Source: Octopus sinensis
Lineage: Eukaryota
Assembly (NCBI RefSeq): GCF_006345805.1
Contig: NC_042998.1
Coordinates: 82,956,001 to 83,020,000 of the forward strand
Direction: 5' to 3'
Length of the DNA stretch: 64,000 nucleotides
Each line of letters starts with the position of its first letter. The stretch's first letter is position 1. The position numbers and the translations under genes were made by a program. Of the stretch, positions 51,601-63,420 are shown in pieces. The notes beneath the pieces were generated by a model. The model was not told the DNA's origin. It did no database searches and worked only from the letters and a program-made list of their open reading frames with translations.

Positions 51601-52250
51601 TCATCATCATTATTTTTCAACGTCTGCTTTCTGTGCTGGCATGGGTTGGACGGTTTGACTGAGGACTGGCAAGCCAGGAAGCTGCACCAGCCTCCAATCT
51701 GATCTGGCAAGGTTTCTACAGCTGGATGCCCTTCCTAACACCAACCACTCTGAGAGTGTAGTGGGTGCTTTTTACTAACCACCGGCATGGGAGCGTCAGG
51801 CAGCACTGGCAACAACCACATTCAAATGATGCTTTTTATGTGCCACTGGCATGGGAGCCAGTCAGGAGGCACTGGCAATAACCACGCTTGAATGGTACTT
51901 TTTATGTGCCACTGGCATGGAAGCCAGTCAGGCGGTACTGCAATGACCACACTCAAAAGGTTTTGTATGTGCTACTGGCATGGGAGCCAGTCAGGCAGCA
52001 CTAGCAACGACCACGCTTGAATGGTACTTTTTACATGCCACCAGCACAGGAGCAAGTCAGGCAATACTGGTATCGGACATGACAATGATTTCATTTGATT
52101 CAATAGGTCCTCGCAAGTACATTTTATTGTCCAAAGATTGAAGGGTATTCTTAAATGGGCCAGTTATGCTACACTGGTATAGGCCACGGTTTTGGTCTCA
52201 GTTGGCTTGCCAGATCTTCGCAAGCCCAGCATATCTCCAAAGGTCTCAGT
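51601..52250 (-). mobile_element. RTE 3' UTR with five ~66-bp tandem units
   Basis: Tail at 51601; units tgccactggcatgggagccagtcaggcggcactggcaacgaccacgct.gaatggt.ctttt at 51775-52075. Confidence 0.8.
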
Positions 52251-52270
52251 CATATATATATATATACATA

Positions 52271-53200
52271 TAACACCAAGTAAGTTAGGGTTTGTGGATC
52301 CAACCCTCTAAGGGATAATACTTATCCAATATACTGTTGGTATACTACCCAAATTATTAATACACAAGTGTTTTTAATTGCAATGCAATAAACTCACTTA
52401 TTGTATTAAATGGGTGCAGGTAAAGAAATATTTTACTATCAATTTATATTACAAATAAGATAATGGAGAAACACATCAGTTGGTTTATCAGCTTTAGGAT
52501 ATTAGAATGTTGCCTTACTAATACCAACTAAGGACACTTACATTAAGAATTAATATTGAGGATTAACGAATTTATATGTATGTTATTAGGGTTGTAGTTC
52601 TGATAAGTAAATAAGTCAACATTCTAATATCCTAAAGCTGATAAACCAACTAATGTGTTTCTCCATTTTCTTATTTGTAATATAAATTAATGGTAAAATA
52701 TTTCTTTACCTGCACCCATTTAATACAATAAGTAAGTTTATTGCATTGCAATTAGAAACACTTGTGTATTAATAATTTGGGTAGTATACCAACAGCATAT
52801 TGGATAAGTATTATCCCTTAGAGGGTTGGATCTACAACCCCTAACTTACTTGGTGTTAAATAATTAAATGAGGAATATCTATTACTAATACTTGTATATG
52901 TATAAACTATCTATGCAATACTTGGGGTGTTGCTGGTAAAAGTGAGTACATTTAAGTATAGTATGATAGTCCCTCAAAATGAATACTGTTGGAAAAATGG
53001 AGATAATACGGATGGATTCATTGCTAAAGGATATACTAATACCAACTAAGGACACTTACATTAAGGAATTAATATTTAGTATTAACGAATTTATATGTAT
53101 GTTATTATGGTTGTAGTTTTGATAATTAAATAAGGTAACATTCTAATATCCTAAAGCTGATAAACCAACTAATGTGTTTCTCCATTTTCTTATTTGTAAT
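52271..53200. repeat. ~240-bp-arm palindrome plus partial tandem duplication
   Basis: 52271-52512 is the reverse complement of 52617-52858; spacer 52513-52616 and the start of the right arm recur at 53036-53200. Confidence 0.85.
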
Positions 53201-53754
53201 GTGTGTGTGTGTGTATGAAGGTGTGTGGCCAAATGATTAGGGTGTTGCACTCACGATTGTTAGACAATGGGTTTGATTCCCAGACTATGAGGTGAAGTGT
53301 GTTCTTGAGCAAAACACTTCATTTCACATTGCCCCAGTCCACTCAGCTGAAAATGGGTAAGCCTGGTACAGTGTAACCTTCCAGCCAGAGGCAATGCTAG
53401 CTTGCTCACCTTGCCACCAGGGAGATATCTTTCAGAAGCTAAAACAATGTGAAACACACTGTGACCAGCAATATATATAACATCCCATAGTCTGGCCAAT
53501 ACCATGGAATCATAGTCATGACCATTGCTGGTAACACCTGTGCTGGTGACACATAAAAAGCACCCAGAGTAAGACGGGCGTCCAAATGTAAAGACCAAAC
53601 CAAAATCAGACTGGAACTTTGTGCAGCTCTCTGGCATACCAGTTCCAGTCAAATTGTCTAACTTGTGCCAGCATGGAAAGCAGACGTTAAATGATGATGA
53701 TGATGATGATAATGATAATGATAATGATGATGATGGTGATGATGATGATATATG

Positions 53755-55075
53755 ATCATCATCATTTAACGTCCATTGTCCATGCTGGCATGGGTTAGAC
53801 GGTTTGACAAGGGCTGGTAAGCTAGAAGGCTGCACCAGACATAGTTTTCTATGGCTGGATGCCCATCCTAACATCAACCACTCCAAGAGTGTAATGGGTG
53901 CTTTTATGTGCCACCAGCACGGGTGCCATTTGCATGACACCGGCATCTGCCACGACTGTGATTTTTCTCAGCTTGATGGGTCTTCTTCTCAAGCATAACA
54001 CAATACCAAATGTCTCGGTCATTGCCTCTGTGAAGCCCAACACTCAAAAGAATCTTAAAAGGAACTCAGCCACTTTGCCTCTGTGAGATCTAATGCTCGA
54101 ATGGTGCACTTTACATGTCACCGGCATGGATGCCAGATATGTGACACTAACGTCAGCCATGACTACGATTTCATTTGGTTTGATGGGTCTTCCCAAGTAC
54201 AGCATACCATCAAAGGTCCCAGTCACTAGTCATTGCCTCTGTGAGGTTCAAAGTTCGAAGATCATGCTTCACCACTTCATGTCATGCCTTCCTGGGTCTA
54301 CCTCTGCCACAGGTGCCCTCCACAGTTAGAGATCGTCACTTCTTTACATCGCTGTCCTCATCCATATGCATCACATGACCATATCAGAGCAGTCGTCTCT
54401 TTTGCATACCACATCAGATGTCGCTTCTACCTAACTTTTCTCTCAAAATGCTTATACCCTGTCAAATATGCACACTAACATTGTACATCCAGCAAAGCAT
54501 ACTGGCCTCATTTCTTTCAAGTCTACGCAAGTCCTCAGCTGTCACAACCCATGTTTCACTGCCATGTAGCATGGCTGCTTACACACAGGTATCATACAAT
54601 CTGCCTTTCACTCTGAGAGAGAAACCCTTAGTTGCCAGCAGAGGTAGGAGCTCTCTGAACTTTGTCCAGCCTCATCTTATTCTCATAGCTATGCTCTCGG
54701 AGCATTCCCCTCCACTACTAACTTGGTTATCTAGATAATGAAAGATATCTACTAAGTCTAGCTTGTCCCCCTTACAATTAATGGAGCCTATTTTCTGCAC
54801 ATTTTCAGTGTTTATTGTAACTGTGCATTTTCCACATACAAAAGCTAGTTTCCTTGTTAACCTTCCTTTGATATTGCTGTGCCTTTTATGTGTACAAAGC
54901 TTACACTGGGTGTGCCTTATGGAGTTTCTACCTACGCCTTTCTACAGATTGAGCTGGGCCATCTAGCTGAAGGGATTTGTGATTTGTCAACCTTCCTTCT
55001 TACTAAGACTTTGGTTTTTGCTAGGTTAACTCTAAGGCCCATTGATTCTAGACCTTGCTTCCATACCTGGAACTT
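53755..55075 (-). mobile_element. Truncated RTE LINE
   Basis: KFQVWKQGLESMGLRVNLAKTKVL (ORF 54932-55129), further ORF2 homology and tail at 53755. Confidence 0.85.
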
Positions 55076-55134
55076 CTTCACACACACACACACACACATA
55101 CACAGGAACATATATGTATGCATATACAACCATA

Positions 55135-55184
<50 letters not shown>

Positions 55185-55185
<1 letters not shown>

Positions 55186-56474
55186 GAGGGGCGTTCAATA
55201 AGTAATGCCCCTGACCCACTTCCCATAGCAGTAGAGCAACGAAACTTGGCACAGTTATTAGTCTTTTTCTACATAGGAACCACCCAGAGTTACGCATTTC
55301 TCCCATTGTTTGATGCAGCTCTGGAGACCGTTTTTGTAGAAGACCCCAGCTTGGTCCTCCAACCTGAACGTGACTTCAGAAATCAAGGCTGCATCATCTG
55401 GGAAATGCTTTCCTTTCAAAAACAACTTCATGACTGGGAAGAGGTGAAAATCAGAGGGTGCAAGGTCAGGAAAGTAGGAGGATGGGGGAGGAGTTCATAG
55501 CCATACGCCTGTGCTTCTGATCTGGCGACAAGCGAGTTGTGGACCGGAGCGTTGTCCTGCAGGAGGAGGATGCCTTTGCTGATCTTGCCCCGCCTCTTGA
55601 TTTTAATAACTTCTCTTAATTTCCTCAAAAGTGAAGCATAATAGGCTCCTGCAATTGTGGTACCCTTTGCCAGGAAATCTGTCATCACTACTCCGTCCTG
55701 GTCCCAGAAGACTGTGAGCATGACCTTGCCAGCGGAGGGCTGCACTCTTGCCTTCTTTGGAGGGGGTGAGTCACGGTGCTTCCACTGCATTGACTGGGCT
55801 TTGGTCTCTGGATCATCGTGATGGACCCAGGTTTCATCCTGTGTAATCAGTCTTTTGAAATATTTTGACTCATCTTCTTGGCACATCTCCAAATTCACCC
55901 TCGAGCACTCGACGCGTTCTTGCTTCTGGAAAGGCGTGAGCAACCTGGGAATCCATCTGGCAGACACCTTTTGCATATGCAAATGGTCATGAATGATAGT
56001 TTCCACAGACCCGGTACTAATCTTGACCTTATGGGCTATTTGGCGAATAATTATGCATTGATCTTCCAAAATGGCAGCCTGAACTTGACGGACAGATGCC
56101 TCATCAATGGCAGAAGGGGCGACCAGATCTGGGAGCTGTTTCCACAGAGTTCCGACCATGTTTGAATTCACAATGCCAGCGTTTTACAAGGTCATATGAT
56201 GGGGCATCATCACCATAAGTTACTTTCATTTCATCAAAAGTCTCCCGTGGTGTGCGTCCTTTCAAATACAAAAACCGGATCACTGCTCGACACTCAACAG
56301 GCTCCATTTCACACTTGACTCGGTTCAAACACCTGTAAATCAGAAACCACAATCAGTTCAGAGCTGTAATTTGCCAATTACTCTATAGAGATATAAATGA
56401 TTGCACATGCAACATTTCAGCTAGATCAAACAAATGCAAGTGGGTCAGAGGCATTACTTATTGAACGTCCCTCG
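55185..56474 (-). mobile_element. Full-length mariner element (1290 bp)
   Basis: 37-bp TIRs CGAGGG(G/A)CGTTCAATAAGTAATGCC(C/T)CTGACCCACTT with 2 mismatches; TA on both sides. Confidence 0.95.
55258..56307 (-). pseudogene. Mariner DD34D transposase with two frameshifts
   Basis: MEPVECRAVIRFL.., ARWIPRLL, ITQDETWVHH, LLQDNAPVH, and after a shift PPYFPDLAPSDFHLF..GGSYVEKD*; shifts near 56117 and 55476. Confidence 0.92.
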
Positions 56475-57831
56475 TATATATAAGATGGCAATACCAGACC
56501 AGTTATTGACAATGCTGAGTATCTTGGCGATTCTCCTTGGGTTTGAAACTTTAGTAAAAACTGTGAACTGCTTGTTTGTTTGTTTAATTATTTGAATAGT
56601 GGTATTAATGATTATTATTGTGATAATTATGCTAATGGTGAAAATTCTACTCGTGCGGTACCCTACAACTCCACTTTGTTATATATATATATATACCGCA
56701 TAAAAATTAACTGTGCTGATGCCACATAAAAAGGACCCAGTATACTCTGTAAAGTGGTGTTGGCATTAGGAAGAGCATCCAGCCATAGAAACCATGCCAA
56801 AAGAGACAACTGGAGCTTGGTACAGCTCTCCAGCTATTCTGCTCCTGACAAACTGTCCAACCCATGCCAGCATAGAAAACAGATGTTAAATGATGATGAT
56901 GATGATGATGATGATAGTGGTGGTGGTGGTGGTGGTGATATATGACAGGGTTCTTTCAGTTCTCTTCTACCTTATTCATCCACTTCATAAGAATTACCAG
57001 ATCTTATGGCACTTCTCCAAAAAGCTGACCATATTATTGAAGCATGAAAACCAGATCTCATCCGAATGGGATCGATGCCAGTCCCCCCACACAAACATAC
57101 ACACATCCTACCTTCACCCCCACCCCGACAGGCTCCTGTGCCGGTAGCACATAAAAAGCATGGTCCGAATTTGTCGATGCCAGTGCTGCCTGACTGGCTC
57201 CCATGCCAGCGGCACATAAAAAGCACCATTCAAGCGTGGTCGATGCCAGTAGCACCTGACTGGCTCCTGCACTGGTGGCACGTAAAAAGTACCCACTACA
57301 CTCTCAGAGTGGTTGGCATTAGGAAGAGCATCCAGCTGTAGAAACATTGCCAGAACAGATTGGAGCCTGGTGCAGCCTCCTGGCTTGCCAGTCCCCAGTC
57401 AAACCGTCCAACCCATGCCAGCATGGAAAACGGACGTTAAACAATGACGACAACAACGACAAGGACAATGACGATGATGATGATGAAGATGGGAAACCCC
57501 CTTCGGTATGAATGACCATGGAATTGCACCTAGAAAGTTACCCTCCAAGATACAAGTCCAAGCAAGATTGTTTATGGAAGGCCAGCAGTCGCCCATGCAT
57601 ACCAGCCTTCCCTCTCCACACCACTCATGTTATCCAAGGGAAAGGCAAGGGCCGATATATCTTGGCACCAGTGATATCGCAACTCATTTCTACAGCTGAG
57701 TTAACTGGAGCAACGTGAAATAAAGTGTCTTGCTCAAAAATACAACATGCAGCCCGAACTAGGAATCAAACTCACAACTTCACGATTGTAAGCTCGACGC
57801 TCTAACCATTGAGCCACGGGCCTTCACAATA

Positions 57832-57866
<35 letters not shown>

Positions 57867-57871
<5 letters not shown>

Positions 57872-58161
57872 GAGCACTCAGAGAGCGCAATCCTCCACCG
57901 GTGCAACACCAACATTCTCTCAATGATTAACCACAGATGATTTTTAAAGTTAGAAAATCTGAAATAAAATCCTTCAATGAATATCATGAGACCTTTTGGT
58001 TTTCTGTTCTCTTAAATTACAGTCTTCCTCTAGTAAACCTGTTGTTTTAGATTGATGTATAGAATTATATATATATGTAAGTATACTGTAAAGTGTTAAA
58101 ATGTATGTATAATCTCCTAATATAATAATGAGTGTTGTCGTTTTATATATTTGAATGTATA

Positions 58162-58193
<32 letters not shown>

Positions 58194-58709
58194 ATAGAGC
58201 TGGAGTGAGAGGTGAAGGTAGAGGAGATAAATAGCAAAGAGAGCATCACATGAATGAGAAAGGAAGGTGTGACAGATGAATAACAAAGGAAGGAGGGGAA
58301 AAGCCGATAAACAGTGTTTGAATTGTAAGTAAATGTGTGTGTAAAAGAGAGGTATGTTTGCATGTGTGTGTGCACAATGGAAATTGGATGCTAATGTTCA
58401 ACACTGAAAATGTCTGAGTATATATGTGTATGTGTGTGTATGCTCAAGAGAACTATGTGAAACTTTACATGTACATGTAAAGAAAATATGAAGAATAATC
58501 CAGAATTCTTGTCCGGTACTGGATCAGTCCCAAAGTCTAATCAGTTTGTGCCAGTCATTGGGCCAAACATCCCTGAAAGTTTCATTCAAATCCATCCAGC
58601 GGTTATTGAGATATCTTGTCCATGGACAGACAAACAAACAAACAAACAAACAAACAAACAAACAAACACAACTGAAAACAATACCTCCACCTTCACTAAG
58701 GCAGAGGTG

Positions 58710-58713
<4 letters not shown>
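57867..58713 (+). mobile_element. HINE/DINE-like non-autonomous element
   Basis: Starts aacaagagcactcagagagcgca..cctcc; (CAAA)n core after gacaga; terminal hairpin acctccacctt-cact-aaggcagaggt; (AAT)n on both sides. Confidence 0.6.
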
Positions 58714-58765
<52 letters not shown>

Positions 58766-61700
58766 TTGTTATTAAATTAGTTAAATCTATTAAACTTGCC
58801 AGGTGTTTTGCCATTACAAATTAGTTTCAACTCTGTTGTTTTAAGAAATAAAAAGGTTTTGCTCTTGGTGAAAAGAAAATAGAAAATTAATTAATTAAAA
58901 ACATCTTAATTCTCTTGATTATCACAACTCAATTATTTAATCTTTAGCTCCATAAAGTGGTTTAAGTCATTACAGTTAGGTTCACATAATGAATTAACAA
59001 AGTTGTTTGTTGTGAGATAAAACGCTGTGTGTTGTACCTTTGGAAGTATGTGTTGTGTGTTGGTTTTTGCCTGTCTTTGCAGATTTTTGTCAGTTGTATT
59101 TCTTTACTGATTTGCCGCTTTCGAATGTTTTTCTTTTTCTTGGTGTTAATCCACCTGCTATTCTACGGTGATATTTTATTGCTTGATTAGTGTTCCATCC
59201 ATGGCTATCTAGTCTTATTTTCTTATATATTGCATTATAATTAAATTCTTCAATGAGTTAGGTTTGCTAACATATTGTATTCTAATTGATCAAGTGATTG
59301 TATAGCAGCTCCCCGTTACACATCATTGCTCTTGTCATTTTACATTGTTGCTGTTTTGATAATGTTACAATATTTTGGTTGGTGCCATCATTTTCCAGTA
59401 TCTTTTTCAGCAGTTCTGGTTTGATGGTTTATTGAAAGACATCATAATTGTCATTTATGGTTAGTTACAGATCATAGCTCGATGTACCAAAGACATTTAT
59501 TAAGTATGTCATACACATCTATACACTTTCAGCAGACAACATTTAATTTACAGTTATGTTATTGTAATGGTTAGCACATTTTATCTCCGTAATCATATTA
59601 CACAACTCGACTCTTATACATAATACTATAACTCCAACAATAAAACGGTTGAAAGAAAATAAAAGACATTAGCATGAAATATTTAACACCTGACATGAAA
59701 TTACATATTAGCAATCAGTTACTGTAATTGCAGTTCTTAACACAAGTCACATCAATGTCTCTCATGAGAGTTGTGTTAAGATACCTGGATGACTGAAGTC
59801 TTAGCATTAGGATAGTAACTTATTCACTGATTACTAAACAATTCATCATTACAGTATCATGTGCCTGCTAATAGAACACTTAATTCTCAATGGTCTGCTT
59901 TGGCTAGAAGCAAATATGTACATCAGAATACAGAGAGCTTACTGATGTAAGAAGAAGATAGTGTTGTATAATGAATGACGATTCATTCATTTGAGTGAAA
60001 CCAGTAATATACAAGACAGAATTGTAAATAAATTACTTTATGTTCTAAATGAAGAGGGACATTGCTCCAGCACTTTTTTTTTTTTTTTGCATTGCCAAAT
60101 CCAGTACTGGTGCCATGTCCATTGCTGGTGCCACATAAAAAGCACCCAGTCCACTCAGTAAAGTGGGCGGCAGTCCTCTAGCTTCCCAGCTCCTGTCAAA
60201 CTGTCCAACCCATGCCAGCATGGAAGATAGACATTAAATAATGATGATGATGATGATAATGATGAAGAAGAAAAGCAACTATAAACGAAATGTAGTAAAA
60301 GATTTTCTTCAATTAGATTCGGTTAACAAACGAAATCTACCTCTACCATACCTCTGTCCTCATATATTTTCCATTCTAGCTATGATCTAGTCACAAGCAA
60401 GAGGTCAATGCAAGGATGAGTAAAAGATTATTCATATCATGTTTAAACTAAAGACAGTTGTAATGATGAGTAGGGTTATGTCTAATGTGTACCCCCATCA
60501 TCCATCCTGTAACATCTATTCATAAGTAACATTTGACCCTTTGTCATTTAAAAATTTTTTGAAAAGGCTATTTTAAGTAGTAAAAGATTTAACTTCATTG
60601 AACATGTCTTGTATGGTAAGATATCCCTTGAAATGTAGAGCACTGGAAAACTTCAGTTAGTTGCAATTACTCATGCTGCTAGGAGACAAAAGCTCCCACT
60701 AGGAATGTTTCATCGTTGTCATTGTCATTGTCATAATCATTTAATATTAAGAAGATCACCCTACAACAATAAGGTTTTGGGTTCAATTCCACCTGGTGGT
60801 ACCTTGAGCAAACATCCTCTACAACAGCACCCCATGGCTAACCAATGTTTTGTGAGTGAATCTGATACATGGAAACTGTGCGGAAGCTCACCATATGTAT
60901 AAATATGTGTGTGTATGTGTGTGCATGTATGTGTGTGTATGTGTATGTGCATATCTTTGTGTCTATGTTTGTTTCCCCACCACTGCTTGACAACTAGTGT
61001 TGGTTTCTCTATGTCCCCATAAGTTGGAAGTTCAGCAAAAGAGATTGAGAGACTCAGTACCAAACTTTAAAAGTCCTGGAGGTGATCAGCTTGGCTAAAA
61101 GAATCCCTTCAAGGGGCTGCTCCAAAATGACCACAGTCCAATGACTGATTTGGGAAGTCGTGGCTGTGTGGTAAGCAGCATGCTTACCAACCACATGGTT
61201 TGGGTTCAGTCCCACAAGGATTTAGAAAAACTTTTATTAACAGAGCTCAAATTCTTAAAGTAACAAACAAGGGAGTTAACTCCAATAAAGTCAACTGATT
61301 GAAGGTTTGGGGAAAATAAAAATCATGTAGCTAGGACAGGGTCTGTTCTTTAAAGTCAAGTGGTGAAAGTAATAGACATGTTTTAGTCTTATGAAGCCTT
61401 TTCAGTTAACCAGGTTCTGCTCAGTTGAGAAGACTCAGAAGTGATCAGAATATGTATACATAACACTATAAAAGAAACAGGAATATGGTTTCATCATCAT
61501 CATCATCATCATCATCGTTTAATGTCTACATTCCATGCTGGCATGGGTTGGACAGTTTGACTGAGGACTGGCAAGCCCAGAGGCTGCATCAGGCTCCAAT
61601 TCGATCTGACAAGGTTTCTACAGCTGGGTGCCCTTTCAAATGCTGACCACTCCAAGAGTGTAGTGGGTGCTTTTTACATTCCACTGGCATGAGAGCCAGT

Positions 61701-62519
61701 CAGGGGGCACTAGCATCGACCATGTTCAGGTGGTGCTTTTTACATGCCACCGGCATGGGGGACAGTCAGGGGGCACTGGTATCAACCACATTCCCATGGT
61801 GCTTTTTACGCGCCACCAGTACAGGGAGCAGAGAAACATACTTTAAGGGAGTGTTCTATATAAAAAAACACGCATTCATTGAGGTCTCATGTATAATAAT
61901 GAACAATATATAAGACAGAAAGAGAATGAGCTTTTGTGCTGTCGAAGGAAATAATACAGCACAACCTTTGGATGTATTTTTTGGAATCTCTATCCATGAG
62001 GTCAGTACAAGTTTAATCATGTCAACTACATTGAATATGCTTTGCTTTGGAGGCATAACAAGACTAAATCTTGAACATTGCTCTTACTGTGTAGCTATAA
62101 AGACTAGTTCTGTCCCAATCTGCACTGCCTTTGTTTTCTGAAAACTTCAGTTGATTGATTTAATTTAAATTCTCTTTCTTGCTTGTATAAACCTGTTCCT
62201 ACCCATACTTTCATACTTTAACCTCATATGCTCTACAGAGTGGCTGGCATTAGGGGAGGCATCAAGCTCAAGAAAGCCATGCCAAAGTAAACATTACAGC
62301 ACAATAGAGTCATCCAATCCATGCCAGCATGGAAGAATGATGTTAAATGATGATGATGATGATGATGATGATGATAACAATGATGACAAGGATGATGATG
62401 AAACTGTGCTACAGGGAGCAATTCTCTCCTGGCTGCATGAGCAATCACAAGTGATCAAAGCTTTTTATGTTAAATGGAATTAAGATGCTTATTTAAAATA
62501 GCTTTTTCTAAAATTTATA

Positions 62520-63310
62520 GTTGTGAGACATGAGCTCTGAATGCAGAGGACATGCAAGGGTTAGAAAAGAATAAGGCTAATATGCTCCGCTGGATGTGTA
62601 ATGTAAGTGTACATGTTCGACAGAATGCCGGCATTCTGAGAGAGAAGTTAGGCATAAGAGAAATTGGTTGCTATGTTCAAGTGAGAAAACTGTGCTGGTT
62701 TGGTCATGTGATGTGGATGGATGCCAACGGCTCCATAAAGAAGTGCCAAACTCTCAAAGTAGATGGAGCACATGGAAGAAGGAGACCCAAGAAGATATGG
62801 GATAAAGTACTGAAGAATGACCTCAGAATGCTGAATCTTTCAGGCAAGATGACAAAGGACCAAGATGCTTGGCACCCTGTTGTACTCAAGAAGACCCATA
62901 CTCTGCAGTAGAAGTGTTAAGACCAATCCATCAGGTGGTATACAGCACTCGTGGTGGTGCCATATAAAAGTGCCCCAGCAGTATCACGTAAAAGCACCTG
63001 TGTGGTGACATATAAAAGCACCTGAGTGGCAACACTTAAAAGCGCCTGTGCTGTGTCACATAACACACACACCTCACCGTGCGGTGCCACAGAAAAGTAC
63101 CCATGCAGTGTCAGGTAAAAGCAGCCATGCAGTGTCACACAAAAGCACCCAGCACACTCTGTAAAGCAGTTGGCGTTAGGAAGGGCATCCAGCTGTAGAG
63201 ACCATGCTAAATCAGGCTGGAGTCTGCTGCAGATCCCCAGCTCTGGTCAGACCATCGGACATTAAGTGATGATGATGATAATGGTGGTGGTGGTGGTGAT
63301 GATGATGATG
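62520..63310 (+). mobile_element. Truncated RTE LINE with 24-bp tandem 3' UTR repeats
   Basis: ORF 62552-62911 (LCWFGHVMWMDANGSIKK..RRRPKKIWDKV); ~8 units at 62940-63165; (GAT)n tail. Confidence 0.85.
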
Positions 63311-63341
63311 AAAAGCAAATTTTTTTATTGTTCCTTCATAG

Positions 63342-63409
63342 GCAGTGGCAAAACAGGACTTCCTAAGCTGGCTTCCTTAGCTCCTCAGATTCAAGAGCAA
63401 ACATTCTAA
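63342..63409 (+). CDS. Candidate small gene, terminal coding exon (GSGKTGLPKLASLAPQIQEQTF*)
   Basis: Acceptor ttttttattgttccttcatAG|; starts phase 1; stop TAA at 63407-63409. Confidence 0.55.
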
Positions 63410-63414
63410 ATACG

Positions 63415-63420
63415 AATAAA
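63415..63420 (+). terminator. Candidate polyadenylation signal AATAAA
   Basis: 5 nt after the candidate stop codon. Confidence 0.4.

Noticed and set aside
52815-52850. Hairpin GGGTT..AACCC as a third hammerhead
   Set aside because: The flanks read CTTAGA and TAAC, not CUGANGA and GAAA.
57740-57828. tRNA-like sequences (also 64-135, 11240-11312, 61157-61215)
   Set aside because: SINE heads that continue into SINE bodies; no complete cloverleaf.
58940-59450. Minus-strand open stretches faintly resembling an ancient RT
   Set aside because: No recognisable conserved motif; may be a highly decayed LINE.
62940-63165. CRISPR-like short regular repeats
   Set aside because: Degenerate ~24-bp tandem units without unique spacers, inside a LINE 3' UTR; eukaryotic context and no cas genes.
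63342-63360. GSGKT as a Walker A P-loop
   Set aside because: The spliced context SSFFTGSGKT lacks G/A five residues before GKT, and the protein ends 18 residues later.
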